A stretch of 64,000 nt of DNA, taken from positions 57,784,001 to 57,848,000 of the forward strand of contig NC_135822.1 in the NCBI RefSeq assembly GCF_964213995.1, read 5' to 3'. This DNA is from Mustelus asterias (lineage: Eukaryota). The notes under the pieces are model-generated. The model ran no database searches. It was not told the origin of the DNA and saw only the letters and a program-made list of their open reading frames with translations. Made by a program: the position numbers and the translations under genes. The number at the start of each line of letters is the position of its first letter. Position 1 is the first letter of the stretch. Of the stretch, positions 53,430 to 64,000 are shown one piece after another.

Positions 53430-53644
53430 GGAAAATCTCCGCAGGTCTGACAGCATCTGTGAAAAGAGAATAGAGCCAACGTTTGGAGTCTGGATGACCC
53501 TTCGTTAGAGCCCCTCTGATGAAGAGTCACGCAGACCCGAAATCTTGGCTCTCTTCTCTCTCCACAGACGCTGTCAGACCTGCTGAGATTTTCCAGAATT
53601 TTCTCTTTTTGTTTCAGATTCCAGCATCGTGGTTTTTTGCCTTT
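53430..53644. mobile_element. Palindromic Penelope-like terminal element with hammerhead-ribozyme core and 13-bp TSD
   Basis: ~85-bp inverted arms; CTGATGA 53516-53522 and GAAA 53539-53542; TSD aaactatttcact at 53417-53429 and 53645-53657. Confidence 0.8.
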
Positions 53645-55854
53645 AAACTATTTCACTTCTGTCCTACATCTCAGCAATAAGAAAGTTATATTTATATGCT
53701 AAAATAAAGTGAGTCCTTGTTCTTTTTCCAATGTATTAGACAATCAGAGGGATCATCACATACATTTTTTCTTCAGCCCATTTTCACTTAGCCACTGGGT
53801 GATGAACACACACCTAAACCTTGATGCCAAAGGATTGATGCAAATAGGCCCTCAATTCTCATTAACCTATTCAGGACATGCTGCAAACCCTGGTCGCATC
53901 TCTACACATCCAAGCAAAGGGAACAAATGTTGGGCTCTCAGGTAAACCTAAGAGAGGTAACCTAGAAAGGGAACGGGGAAGAGGGGGTTGTGAATCAGAG
54001 GAACCTTCTCATTCCTCCTGCCTGCATACAAATCTTTTTGGCTACTGTATCTCATTGGCTGCCACACAGACCACTGAAGAATTAATTGCCAACTGATTCT
54101 AGATGGGCTCCTAATTCACGTATATAAAAAGGTTTATACCTGCCTTAAGAATTTTGTGCGGAGCAGGGAGAACGGGAAACTCTCCCATTCAGCAAATTAT
54201 TCATTGGAATTTCATTAATAAGTATGAAAGATCTTATTTTGTAGTTGTATATATTCTGCTTATACCAGAAGTCTGTCAGAACACCACTGTGACTTGTAAA
54301 ACAAAAAATGTTTTTCCAATGTTTGCTACTTTGTAGATTGAAGATCATTTGATTCTCTAGAGGGTTCTCATGGGACAAAGTGAAGTAGAGACTAATACTC
54401 ACTTTCTATTTAAGAAAGTTGTTTTTGCTATACCCAGGCTCTATAAAAACTACTTTACATTGCCAGGCAAATCCCATGGTACAAGAACAGAAAGCAAACA
54501 CTTGCATGTGCAGAAGCTCAAACACAGGTCGTTGTTGTATTTTGCAATTTTTCTGACCTATTGAATAGTGGGGGAAGGTCTGTGCAAGGCACAAACTATT
54601 GATCCTTCACTTGTCTTTAGATCATTGCAGAGGAGTGCTAAGAAGTCAGTCTGTCAGTGACCAGAAAGTGGCAATGTGCATCCCACGAGGTCCCAGAAAA
54701 TAAGTGACCACTTTAGGTAGGTCACAGCACCTTTTTAAAGATGTGTTCATGAGATGAGGGCATCACCGGCAAGGGCAGCATTTATTGCCCTTTCCGAATT
54801 TCTTAACATGATTTTCTGCTATTTTCTTGAACCACTGAACTGCATGTCATGGTGTTTCCATGTGCCTACTACCCATGTCCTTCCAGGCAGTAGAAGTTGC
54901 AACTCTAGATGCTGCTGAAGAAGCCTTGGCGAATTGCTGCAGTGCATCTTGTAGATGGTCTAGTGTGACAGCAATGATGGAAGTGAACATTTACAGTGGT
55001 GGATGGGTTGGCAATCAAGCTTTGTCCTCGATGGTGCCGAGCATCTTGAGTGTTGTTTGAGCTGCACTCAAGAGAGGGAAAAGGCTTTGGGATGTCAGGT
55101 GGTAAGTCACCATTTGCTGTTTAACATATCCTGTGTTGCACCTTCAACAGATTGGCACTGTTTTTTTTAACGTATGCATTATGGTGCTCTTATCATGGTC
55201 TTCTGCACTCATCATTAAATTAAGATTGCTCACCTAGCTTGAAACTAATGTTATAGCAATTATAATACGATATGCCGTGTCTCAAAATTACACATTGTGG
55301 TGGTAAATAATACTAACACAATTCTGCAGCTGGTGATGGCCCACAGCAACTCATGGGAGCCCAGATTTAAGCTGCTAAATCTGTTCTGAATCTATCCTTT
55401 TTTAGCAGAGTGGTACTGGCACATCACACAATGGAGTGTATCCTCAGTATCCTCTCCATAAGGACTGTGCGGTGGTCACTCCTGCCACTACTGCCAAGGA
55501 CAGGTGTATGTTAGGTTGATTGCTAAGGAAAAGGCTTTTCACTCAAGATGGCATCCCACCAGTTGTTTTTGATCCAGTCTGGTATGTCCTTAAGGACTTG
55601 GTCAGCTCATTTTTTGCAATTGCCACTTCAGTCCCCTGCGCAGACAATATTTAGTGTGCTTGCTGTCCTCAGTGCCTCCTCTAAATGCTATCATTGGCTG
55701 AGGGAGTGCAGTTGGTGATAATCAGCTCGATGTTTCCTTGTCCATGTTTGACCTTGGGCATGCAGGTTAATGGGGTCTTGCGTAAATGTTGAGGGCTCCC
55801 AAGGACCCTTCCTCCTGACTGTGTACCACTGCGTTACCCATGGCTTAAATTGGG

Positions 55855-56565
55855 AGAGGGGAGTGTGCAGCGGGACCTGGGTGTCCTTGTGCACCAGTCG
55901 CTGAAGGTAAGCATGCAGGTGCAGCAGGCAGTAAAGGCGGCAACTGGTATGTTGGCCTTCATTGCGAGAGGTTTTGAGTACAGGAGCAGGGATGTTGTTG
56001 TTGCAATTATACAGGGCCTTGGTGAGGCCACACCTAGAGTATTGTGTACAGTTTTGGTCTCCTTTTCTGAGGAAGGATATTCTTGCTCTCGAGGGAGTGC
56101 AGTGAAGGTTTACCAGGCTGATTCCAGGGATGGTGGGACTGGTGTACGAGGAGAGATTGACTAGGTTAGGATTGTTTTCGCTGGAGTTCAGACGAATGAG
56201 GGGGGAATCTCAGAGACTTATAAAATTCTAACAGGACTAGGCAGGGTAGTTGCAAGAAGGATGTTCCCAATGGTGGGGGAGTCCAGAACCAAGGATCACA
56301 GTCTGAGTATTCAGGGTAGACCATTTAGGATAGAGGTGAGGAGTCTGTGGAATTCGTGACCACAGGAAGTAGTTGATGCCAAAACATTGAACGTATTCGA
56401 GAAGCGGCTGGATCTAGCACTTGGGGTGAATGGGATCAAAGGTTACGGGGAGAAAGCAGGATGAGGCTATTGAGTGGGATGATCAGCCATGATCATAATG
56501 AATGGCAGAGCAGGTTTGAAGGGCCATATGGCCTCCTCCGTCTCCTATCTTCGATGTTTCTATGA
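55855..56565 (+). mobile_element. CR1 3' fragment
   Basis: VQRDLGVLVHQSLKVSMQVQQAVKAATGMLAFIARGFEYRSRDV; 3' UTR. Confidence 0.9.
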
Positions 56566-56929
56566 TGGATATGTCCTACCGGTGGAACAGAACATGGCCA
56601 TGATCAGATTCTGAGATGTAGGCTGAAAAGTACAATTCAGTGAGAATGACGACATCAGGCTGTTGTTTGAGTAGTAGTTTGTGCAACAGCTTTCCCAACT
56701 TTAGGTGGACCAAAAACACTTTGCTGGGGAACTATAGGAATTGATTCCTGGGGCTACAATGCCTGCCCTCTGAAAATCATCGCCATCTTTCTTGTGTGCC
56801 TCTGCACCATGTCGGAGAGTAGCAAATGGAAGATTTTCCCTTTGGCATCACTGAATTCAGTTTTGGCTCATTGATGCCATATCCAACCGGATGATGCCAT
56901 GATGTGATGGGCAGCTACTTTTTTAAAAA

Positions 56930-58310
56930 TTCATTTCTGGGACACGGACATCGCTGGCTGGCCAGCATTTATTACCCATCCCTAGTTGCCCCTTGAGAAG
57001 GTGGTGGTGAGCCGCCATCTTGAATCTCTGCAGTCCGCGTGCTGTGGGTTGACCCACAATGCCGCTAGGGAGGGAATTCCAGGATTTTGACCCGGCGACT
57101 ACGAAGGAACGGCCGATATATTTCCAAGTCAGGGCGGTGAGTGGCTTGGTGTGGAATTTTCAGGTGGTGCTGTTCCCATGTATCTGCTGCTCTTGTCCTT
57201 CCAGATGGAAGTGGTCGTGGGTTTGGAAGGTGCTGTCTAAGGTTCTTTGGTGAATTGCTGCAATGAATCTTGTAGATAGTACACACTGCTGCTACTGAGC
57301 GTCGGTGGTGGAGGGATTGAATGTCTGTAGATGTGGTGGCGTCAAGCTTCTTGAGTGTTATTGGAGGGGCACCCATCCAGGCAAGTGGAGAGTATTCCAT
57401 CACACTCCTGACTTGTGCCTTGTGGTGGATAGGCTTTGGGGAGTCAGGAGGTGAGTTACTCATCGCTGTATTCCCAGCCTCTGACCTGCTCTTGTAACCA
57501 CTGTGTTTACGTGGTGAGTCCAGGTGAATTTCTGGTCAATGGATGTTGACAGTGGGGAATTCAGTGATGGTTACACCATTGAATGTCAAGGGGCAATGGT
57601 TAGAGTGTCTCTTTTTGGTGATGGTCATGAACACTGCTGCACTTGAACATGGGCTGCTTCAGTATCCGGGTTGCTGCAAATGGTGCTGAACATTGTGCAA
57701 TCATCCCCACTTCTGACCTTATGACGGAGAGAAGGTCATTGATTGAAGCAGCTGTAGATTGTTGGGCCAGGACACTATCCTAAGGGACTCCTGCAGAGAT
57801 GTTCTGGAGCTGGGATGACTGGCCCTCCACAACCACAACCATCTTCCTATGTACCAGGTATGACTCTAACCAGCGGAGTGTTTGCCCCCTGATACCCATT
57901 GATTCCAGTTTGGCTCGGGCTCAATGATGCCACACTCGGTCAAATGCGGCCTTGTTGTCAAGGGCTGTCACTCTCACCTCACCTGTGGAATTCAGCTCTT
58001 TCGTCCATGTTTAAACCAAGGCTATAATGAATTCAGGAGCTGAGTGACCCTGGCGAAATGCAAACTGGGCGTCACTGAGCAGTTTAATGATGTACAGGTG
58101 CTGCTTGATAGTTGACAACCCCTTCTATCACTTTACTGATGATTGAGAGTAGATTGATGGGGCGGTAATTGTCCTGCTTTTGGTGTTCAGGACATACCTG
58201 GGCCATTTTCCACATTGTTGGGTAGATGCCAGTGTTGTAACTGTACTGGAAGAGCTTGGCTAGGGGAGCGGCAAGTTCTGGAGCACAAGTCTTCAGTACT
58301 GTTGCCGGAA
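56930..58310 (-). mobile_element. Invertebrate-type CR1-group LINE 3' part
   Basis: PATVLKTCAPELAAPLAKLFQYSYNTGIYPTMWK, NYRPINLLSIISKVIEGV, KAQVRSVMEYSPLAW, HHRRSVAAVCTIYK; tail ctagggatgggtaataaatgctggccagccagcg...atgaat. Confidence 0.88.
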
Positions 58311-59257
58311 CAAACCTCTTGTTTGTCATTCAGCACTTGGAGCCAAATCTGGATCAAAGCTGTGATGGATCTTGATTGTTCCAGGAGAACCTGTCCTGAA
58401 TGTCAATTCCTTATACAGATGTTGAGTCTTTTCAACACCACTGTAATATTCAGTAAAGCAGGCAACCTATGTACACTTGAATAAACATAATGGATTATGA
58501 GATCTTTAGTCTGTGTCTACTGGCTGTAAGAATCATGAATAGAATGGGTTCAGGCAGCCACATTCTTGTCCCTTATACTCCAGTTACACAGCTTAAAACG
58601 AATTATTGTGTGGCAGGTCTGCAGAATAACTGATTTTCCAGGTCTTAGTGCCAAGCAATTTGTACAAGATATTCTATCATTCCCAGAAAATACAGCCGCA
58701 GGCAAAGCATTTCATAAAACCTCTTCCCCAACCCACAAGGGCTTCAGAGTTCAAAGTCACAATTAAAGCAATTACCAGCCCAAAATGAGGCCGGGAGTCA
58801 GAAGGGTGAAGCCTCCTGCTTCCTTATACAGCATGCCATTAGCAGACTTTGGAGAAACCACATCCTGCAGTTTAGTTTCCGACTCTGAAAGCCCTTCTTA
58901 TCTATATGGTGTGTCATACTCAGATCTTCATCACTGCTGCAGGCATATCATGCCTACAGAACAAAGACTGGCATAGTTACAGATTTAAGGTTTATAGCCT
59001 CCCTACATCTTTGTTTCAAAAATCTACACCCACCCCTCATCAATCCATAGCATCATACATTTTGCAAGAATAGACAGGGGTGGTTTGATCTTCAATCTGC
59101 GATGTTCATGATAAGAGCTCCTCAGGTAGCCCAGTAGACAAAGTCATCGTCAGGATGATGTGTGGCTTGGGGAGTACTCTCAGGTGGTGACATTCTCTTG
59201 CCCTTGTCTTTCTAGTGGTCAAGATTTGCAACTTTGGAAGGTACTGTTGAAGGAATC

Positions 59258-59531
59258 TTAAAAGTTTACTTATTAGTCACAAGTAAGGCTTACATTAACA
59301 CTGCAATGAAGTTACTGTGAAATTCCCCTAGTCGCCACTTCCGGCGCCTGTTTGGGTCAATGTATCTAATCAGCACATCTTTCGGACTGTGGGAGGAAAC
59401 CGGAGCACTCGGAGGAAACTCACGCAGACATGGGGAGAACGTGCAAACTCCACACAGACAGTGACCCAAGCCGGGAATTGAACCCGGGTCCCTGGCGCTT
59501 GAGGCAGCAGTGCTAACCACTGTGCTACCAT
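59258..59531 (-). mobile_element. V-SINE tail B nested in an older LINE fragment (~59150-59830)
   Basis: SINE consensus; flanks match the 56930 LINE. Confidence 0.85.
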
Positions 59532-60129
59532 GAGTTACTGCTACCACTGTGCATAAGTGGTGAAGTGAACAAATGTTTAATGTGGTGGATGGGGTGCCAA
59601 TCAAGAAAGGTGCTTTAACAGAGATATATCAAGCACCTTGAGTGTGGTCAGAGCTGCGCTCACCCAGGCTAGCAAGGGGTTTTCCTCATTACTTGTGCCT
59701 AGTAGATGATGTTCAGGCATTGGGGAGTCAGGATGTGAGTTATTTGCCACAGAACTGCCAGCCTCTGACCTGCTCTTGTAGCCACAGTACTCATATGGTT
59801 AGTCCAGTTAGTTTCTAGTCAATTCTCAATTTTGTTTGGGATTTTGGAAGAGGACACTGAACAGAAAATAAATATTCTCCAGATAGATCACATTGACTCA
59901 TATACAAATAGGTAGTGGAAGAGGATGGCAGCAGATCAGCTACAAGTGCACCTTGGTACTAATGGAGGAGTTTCAGAGGACCAAAAGATGGGGAGGGAGG
60001 GAAAGAGGTGAATAGAAATAATTTTTAAAAAAAATTTCTTGAACTTGTCCTTCACGATTGTCAGGGTTGCCCATAGGTTTTTTAAAATTTTAATGAATTA
60101 CCACTGATTTTCTACTTGCATTGATTCAA

Positions 60130-61830
60130 ACATACAAATAGGAGCAGAGCCATTTGATCCCTCAAGCCTGATCCGCCATTCAATAAGATCATGGCTGATC
60201 TGTATGTGTAAAGTTCCACATTCCCTGATAAGCTTTGATTCCTTTGCCCGACAAGAACCCACCTCCGATTTAAAGATACTCAGTGACCCTGCTTCCATTG
60301 TCTTCTGAGGTTGAGAGTTCCAAAGTCGCACAACCCTCAGAGAAATCTCCTCGTCTCTGACCTTTAAGGATGACCCCTGATTTTAAAACAATTCCCCTTC
60401 ATTCTGGACTCGTCCACAACAGGAAACATCCTTTCAATTCCACCCTATCAATACAGTTCAGGATCTTATGTACTAGCCAACCCTCACGATTCAAGTGCAC
60501 TCTAGTGGAAACAAGCCCAGCCTTTCCAACCTATCCTCACAAAACAACCTGCTCATTCCAGGTATCAGCCTGGCAAACCTCCTTTGAACCACTTCCAACG
60601 CATTTGCATGTTTCCTTAAATAGGGAAACCAAAACCGCACACAATGGGTGGAATTTTACGAGACTGAAAATGGGAGTGTTCCAGATCTATTTTTGGGACA
60701 CGTTTTCACTCCCGATCTTATGCACTCTATCCATAAAAAAACAGGCAAGTCAGTTTCTAGCCAGAGAGGCTGTGGGCGGAAGTTAACTCCCCAGACAGCC
60801 TGTAGAAGGAGGGATTGGGCATCTACAGACCTCTGGTGCACATGTGCATTAACAGTAGCAGGGAGAGAGAAGGGAAAGCTGTCAGGCCCCTGCTACTGCA
60901 GGCAGCCTCAAACAGCAAACACCAACCCCTCCTGCAATCACAGGGTCCATGACCCAAGATGCAGCCTGCAACCACCCCCCCACCTCCCTCCCCGGCGCCC
61001 AGACCGATCGCGGTCTCGCCGCCCAGACCGGGTAGCAGCCCCCCCCTCCCCCACCGATCACATGCAGAGTTGCAGTGGACCCCCCCTCACCCCATTGGCT
61101 TGCCCCCATTGGCCCTGCCCCATAGGCCTTATCCCCATAGGCCCTGCTCCATGGCACTGCCCAGTGGGCATTGCCCAGGTGCTCAGTGGGCATTGCCCAG
61201 GTACCAGGGTGACACTGCCAATCTAGCATTGCCCAAGGGGCACCCCTGGCTTGCATTCGGCCTTCCCGGGGGGCCTCAATGGCCTCTGGTTTCACCGGCG
61301 AGGCCAACACGACTGTTCCCCCTTCACGGGGAGCAGGTGTTTTTCTCGCCGGAGAGAACTTCTCCCAATGAGGCCATAAAGGCAAGCGAGCCTGGACGAT
61401 TAGCGCCGGGCTCGCTAAACACATTGAAATCAACATTTGAATAAAGTTCAATCAATTGACCAGCCCCTCGCCCATTTCTGGCACGTGGCTGACTGTGCCG
61501 GAAATCCGGGTGTTGTAAAATCACGGTCAATGTGAAAACCGGTGCCATTTGTGCGAGCTGCTTTACGCCCAATTTTACTGCATTTTCCTGCCACAAAACA
61601 GGCATAAAGCGGCCACAAAATTCCATATCGAGATGCAGTCTCATTAACATCCTGTACAACTGAAGCATAACATCCTTACTTTCATGTTAAACTCCTCTCA
61701 GAGAAAGGAGAGCATTCCTTTGGCCTTCTTGATTACATGTTGCACCTGTATATTAAATTTTTTGTGCCTCATGCACAAGAACCCCTAAATCTCTCTGCAC
61801 CTCGGCATCCTGCAGTTGTCCTCCAAGGAG
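60130..61830 (-). mobile_element. Old CR1 3' fragment split by TIR element E
   Basis: CR1 sequence ends ...accaaaaccgcacacaat at 60645 and resumes at ~61626 with atcgagatgcagtctc (MLQLYRMLMRLHLD|IVCGFG). Confidence 0.78.
60646..61625. mobile_element. GC-rich TIR element, copy E
   Basis: Ends gggtggaattttac / acaaaattcca; C-rich cgatc tract; GGCA(C/T)TGCC array 61153-61235; interrupts a CR1. Confidence 0.78.
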
Positions 61831-61937
61831 TTGTGCTAATCTCCTTTTTTAAACGGACTTAAAGAAGTTTAAAATAAATAGGTTCGCAGTCGTGTTTGGA
61901 AAATGGGAATCTATTGCAAGTGCATTCAGCACTACAT

Positions 61938-62135
61938 TAAGAAGTCTCACAACACCAGGTTAAAGTCCAACAGGTTTATTTGGAATCGCGAGCTTTTGGA
62001 GCACTGCTCCTTCACTCACCTGATGAAGAAGCGGCACTCCGAAACCTTGTGATTCCAAATAAACCTGTTGGACTTTACCCTGGTGTTGTGAGATTTCTTA
62101 CTGTGCCCACCCCAGTCCAACGCCGGCATCTCCAC
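61938..62135. mobile_element. Palindromic Penelope-like terminal element with minimal type I hammerhead core and 13-bp TSD
   Basis: ~80-bp inverted arms; tcac-CTGATGA(62020-62026)...GAAA(62041-62044)...gtga; TSD ttcagcactacat at 61925-61937 and 62136-62148. Confidence 0.85.
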
Positions 62136-62989
62136 TTCAGCACTACATGGAATAGGACCAAAATGTTTGATAGGCGTGCAGTGGCACATACATAATCAGT
62201 AATATCCTAGTTAGATTTGTTGCTACAACTTACATAGACACAGCCTCAGGCACCCCAGCAGCTGTACTGATCATTTGGCTTCCACTCCTCTCTTCCCCTC
62301 CATCAAGAAAAACAAAAATAAGAAATTCTCCCGGGAGCAGGTACCTTTTCTTTTTATGTTTTCAATAGATCATCTCCACGCCTTTGGGCCTGTAAGTAAC
62401 ATGACTTTCAAACCCTTTCAAATCATTATACAGTTGTAGAAGAAAATACAGCAAGAATGCCAGCAGATGTAATTGAAGAATCTGATGGATTATGAAACAG
62501 TTAGTCAATGACTTTGAATCTCGTTCATCTATCTACTGACTTTAAGGGTCTCATGAGAATTGAGTTTGGGCGTTGGTAATCCTATTTTGTAGCCATAAGT
62601 CTATACCATGAAACTGTCCCTCGTAGTGTGATTGAAAATGAGTGCTCGGAGAAAGCTGGCTTTCAAAATTGAAAAAGGATCACTCTTGCACAAGAGCGAA
62701 CGCTGAAAATCTAAAATAAAAAGATCATTCTGATAAAAGCTGAAGGACCTCAGACGTTCACTCTGTTTTTCTCTCTCTGCATAAATGCTGCCAGACATTC
62801 TGAACATTCCCAGCACTTCTTGTCTTTATTTCACTCTAGAAAAGTTGGAATTCTCTTCTAAGTTTCTTTAAGGTTGTGTGAAGCGAGCTTTACTTGACAG
62901 CTAACCTGTACTGTAGAGGTCTGTGATTACTTAATACAAACATTGCTGCTGAATACTAACATTCCCACACTTGGAAACGCACAACACGT

Positions 62990-63302
62990 GGGGTGGCACA
63001 GTGGTTAGGACTGATGCCTCACTGCGCCAGGGACCCCGGTTCAATTCCGGCCTCGGGTCACTGTCTGTGTGGAATTTGCACATTCTCCCCGTGTCTGCGT
63101 GGGTTTCCTCCAGATGCTCCGGTTTCCTCCCACAGTCCAAAGTTGTGCTGGTTAGGTTGATTGGCCACAGTAAATTGACACTAGTGTCAGGAGGGGATTA
63201 GCAGGGTAAATACCGGGGTTTCGTGAATAGGGCCTGGGTGGGATTGTGGTCGGTGCAGACTCGATGGGCTGAATGGCCTCCTTCTGCACTGTAGGGATTC
63301 TG
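62990..63302 (+). mobile_element. HE1 SINE (tail A), full length
   Basis: Head, V-domain, tail ...ggcctccttctgcactgtagggattct. Confidence 0.92.
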
Positions 63303-64000
63303 TAACTTCACACGAATTAAAATATTTAAAATGACTTCTGGTTCCAGCAGAATGCTACCCTCAGTGCTCACTATTTAGTTCTCAGGATTATTCATTCGTA
63401 GATCAGAAGGGTAAATTTTAATCTGTAATGACAAACTGAAAACAGTAGTTTGGACACTCAAGATATACCCCCACTTCTGGTCATTTCAATAGAAAATGAG
63501 AGAGATAGTGGAGTTTATAGCGGAATCTTAGCCACAACTGTCAGTTTCCCCTCGACATTACAAGTTAAGTCTTGCCATGTTGTTTTTAGTTCTGATGAAA
63601 GTTGAGTATTACTCTGCCTTCTCTTGACAGATGCTAGATGAACATCCAGCATTTTCTGGTTCTATCCAGGTAGTCCCATTATGTACTGGTTTCATAAAGT
63701 AGTTACAAAGCATGGCAATGAGCTTCAAACATATTTTTGTGTCCTTTGCTTTAGGTTCATGGATGACCTTGTTTAAACAAATAGCAATACGTTCCTTAAA
63801 CCAAGAGCATGAAGCAATCTGCTGTTATACCGAGACGTTAATTTGGCTTCCTCATCCAACAGGCAACAGAAATTTTAAGAAGCATCTGTAGCTCAACAAA
63901 CAGTCTGCAGAATTTCCAAACAGACTGGAAATATTTATGAAGCAAAAACATCAGAAATAAAAATGCTTCCATTGCAGAAGATCATAAAACACTTGAAGGT

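Noticed and set aside
62346-62397. Plus-strand pyrimidine tract, AG, 23 nt, then gtaagt (micro-exon-like)
   Set aside because: No partner exons or recognisable protein; such motifs arise by chance in 64 kb.
62601-62640. Minus-strand ...GACAGTTTCATG|gtatag as possible POLB exon 11 end (FM|gt)
   Set aside because: Upstream translation (IFNHTTRDSFM) does not match DTLSKGETKFM.

Overview
Eukaryotic, repeat-dense genomic DNA from a cartilaginous fish, inferred from the HE1/V-SINE, SacSINE1-like, CR1, Rex1/Babar and Penelope content. The only host gene I can support is DNA polymerase beta (POLB) on the minus strand. Its last three coding exons are present: exon 12 at 30373-30437, exon 13 at 21402-21541 and exon 14 at 4398-4492. 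All have canonical splice sites and the exon lengths and phases I recall for human POLB. I found no exon 11, so the intron upstream of exon 12 appears to be over 33.5 kb. Everything else is intron or 3' flank filled with transposable elements; most short ORFs in the supplied track are repeat-derived or spurious. I see no clearly new gene system. The best candidates for under-described biology are: (i) a family of ~1 kb GC-rich short-TIR elements with GGCANTGCC palindrome arrays; (ii) a tRNA-headed SINE sharing both a 5'-UTR segment and the 3' tail with a co-resident invertebrate-type CR1 LINE; (iii) one V-SINE head used with two alternative tails, including a double-tailed copy; (iv) palindromic Penelope-type insertions with TSDs and hammerhead-ribozyme cores; (v) a 17-bp hairpin downstream of the POLB stop. 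Repeat boundaries were read by eye and are approximate unless a TSD or splice site is quoted.
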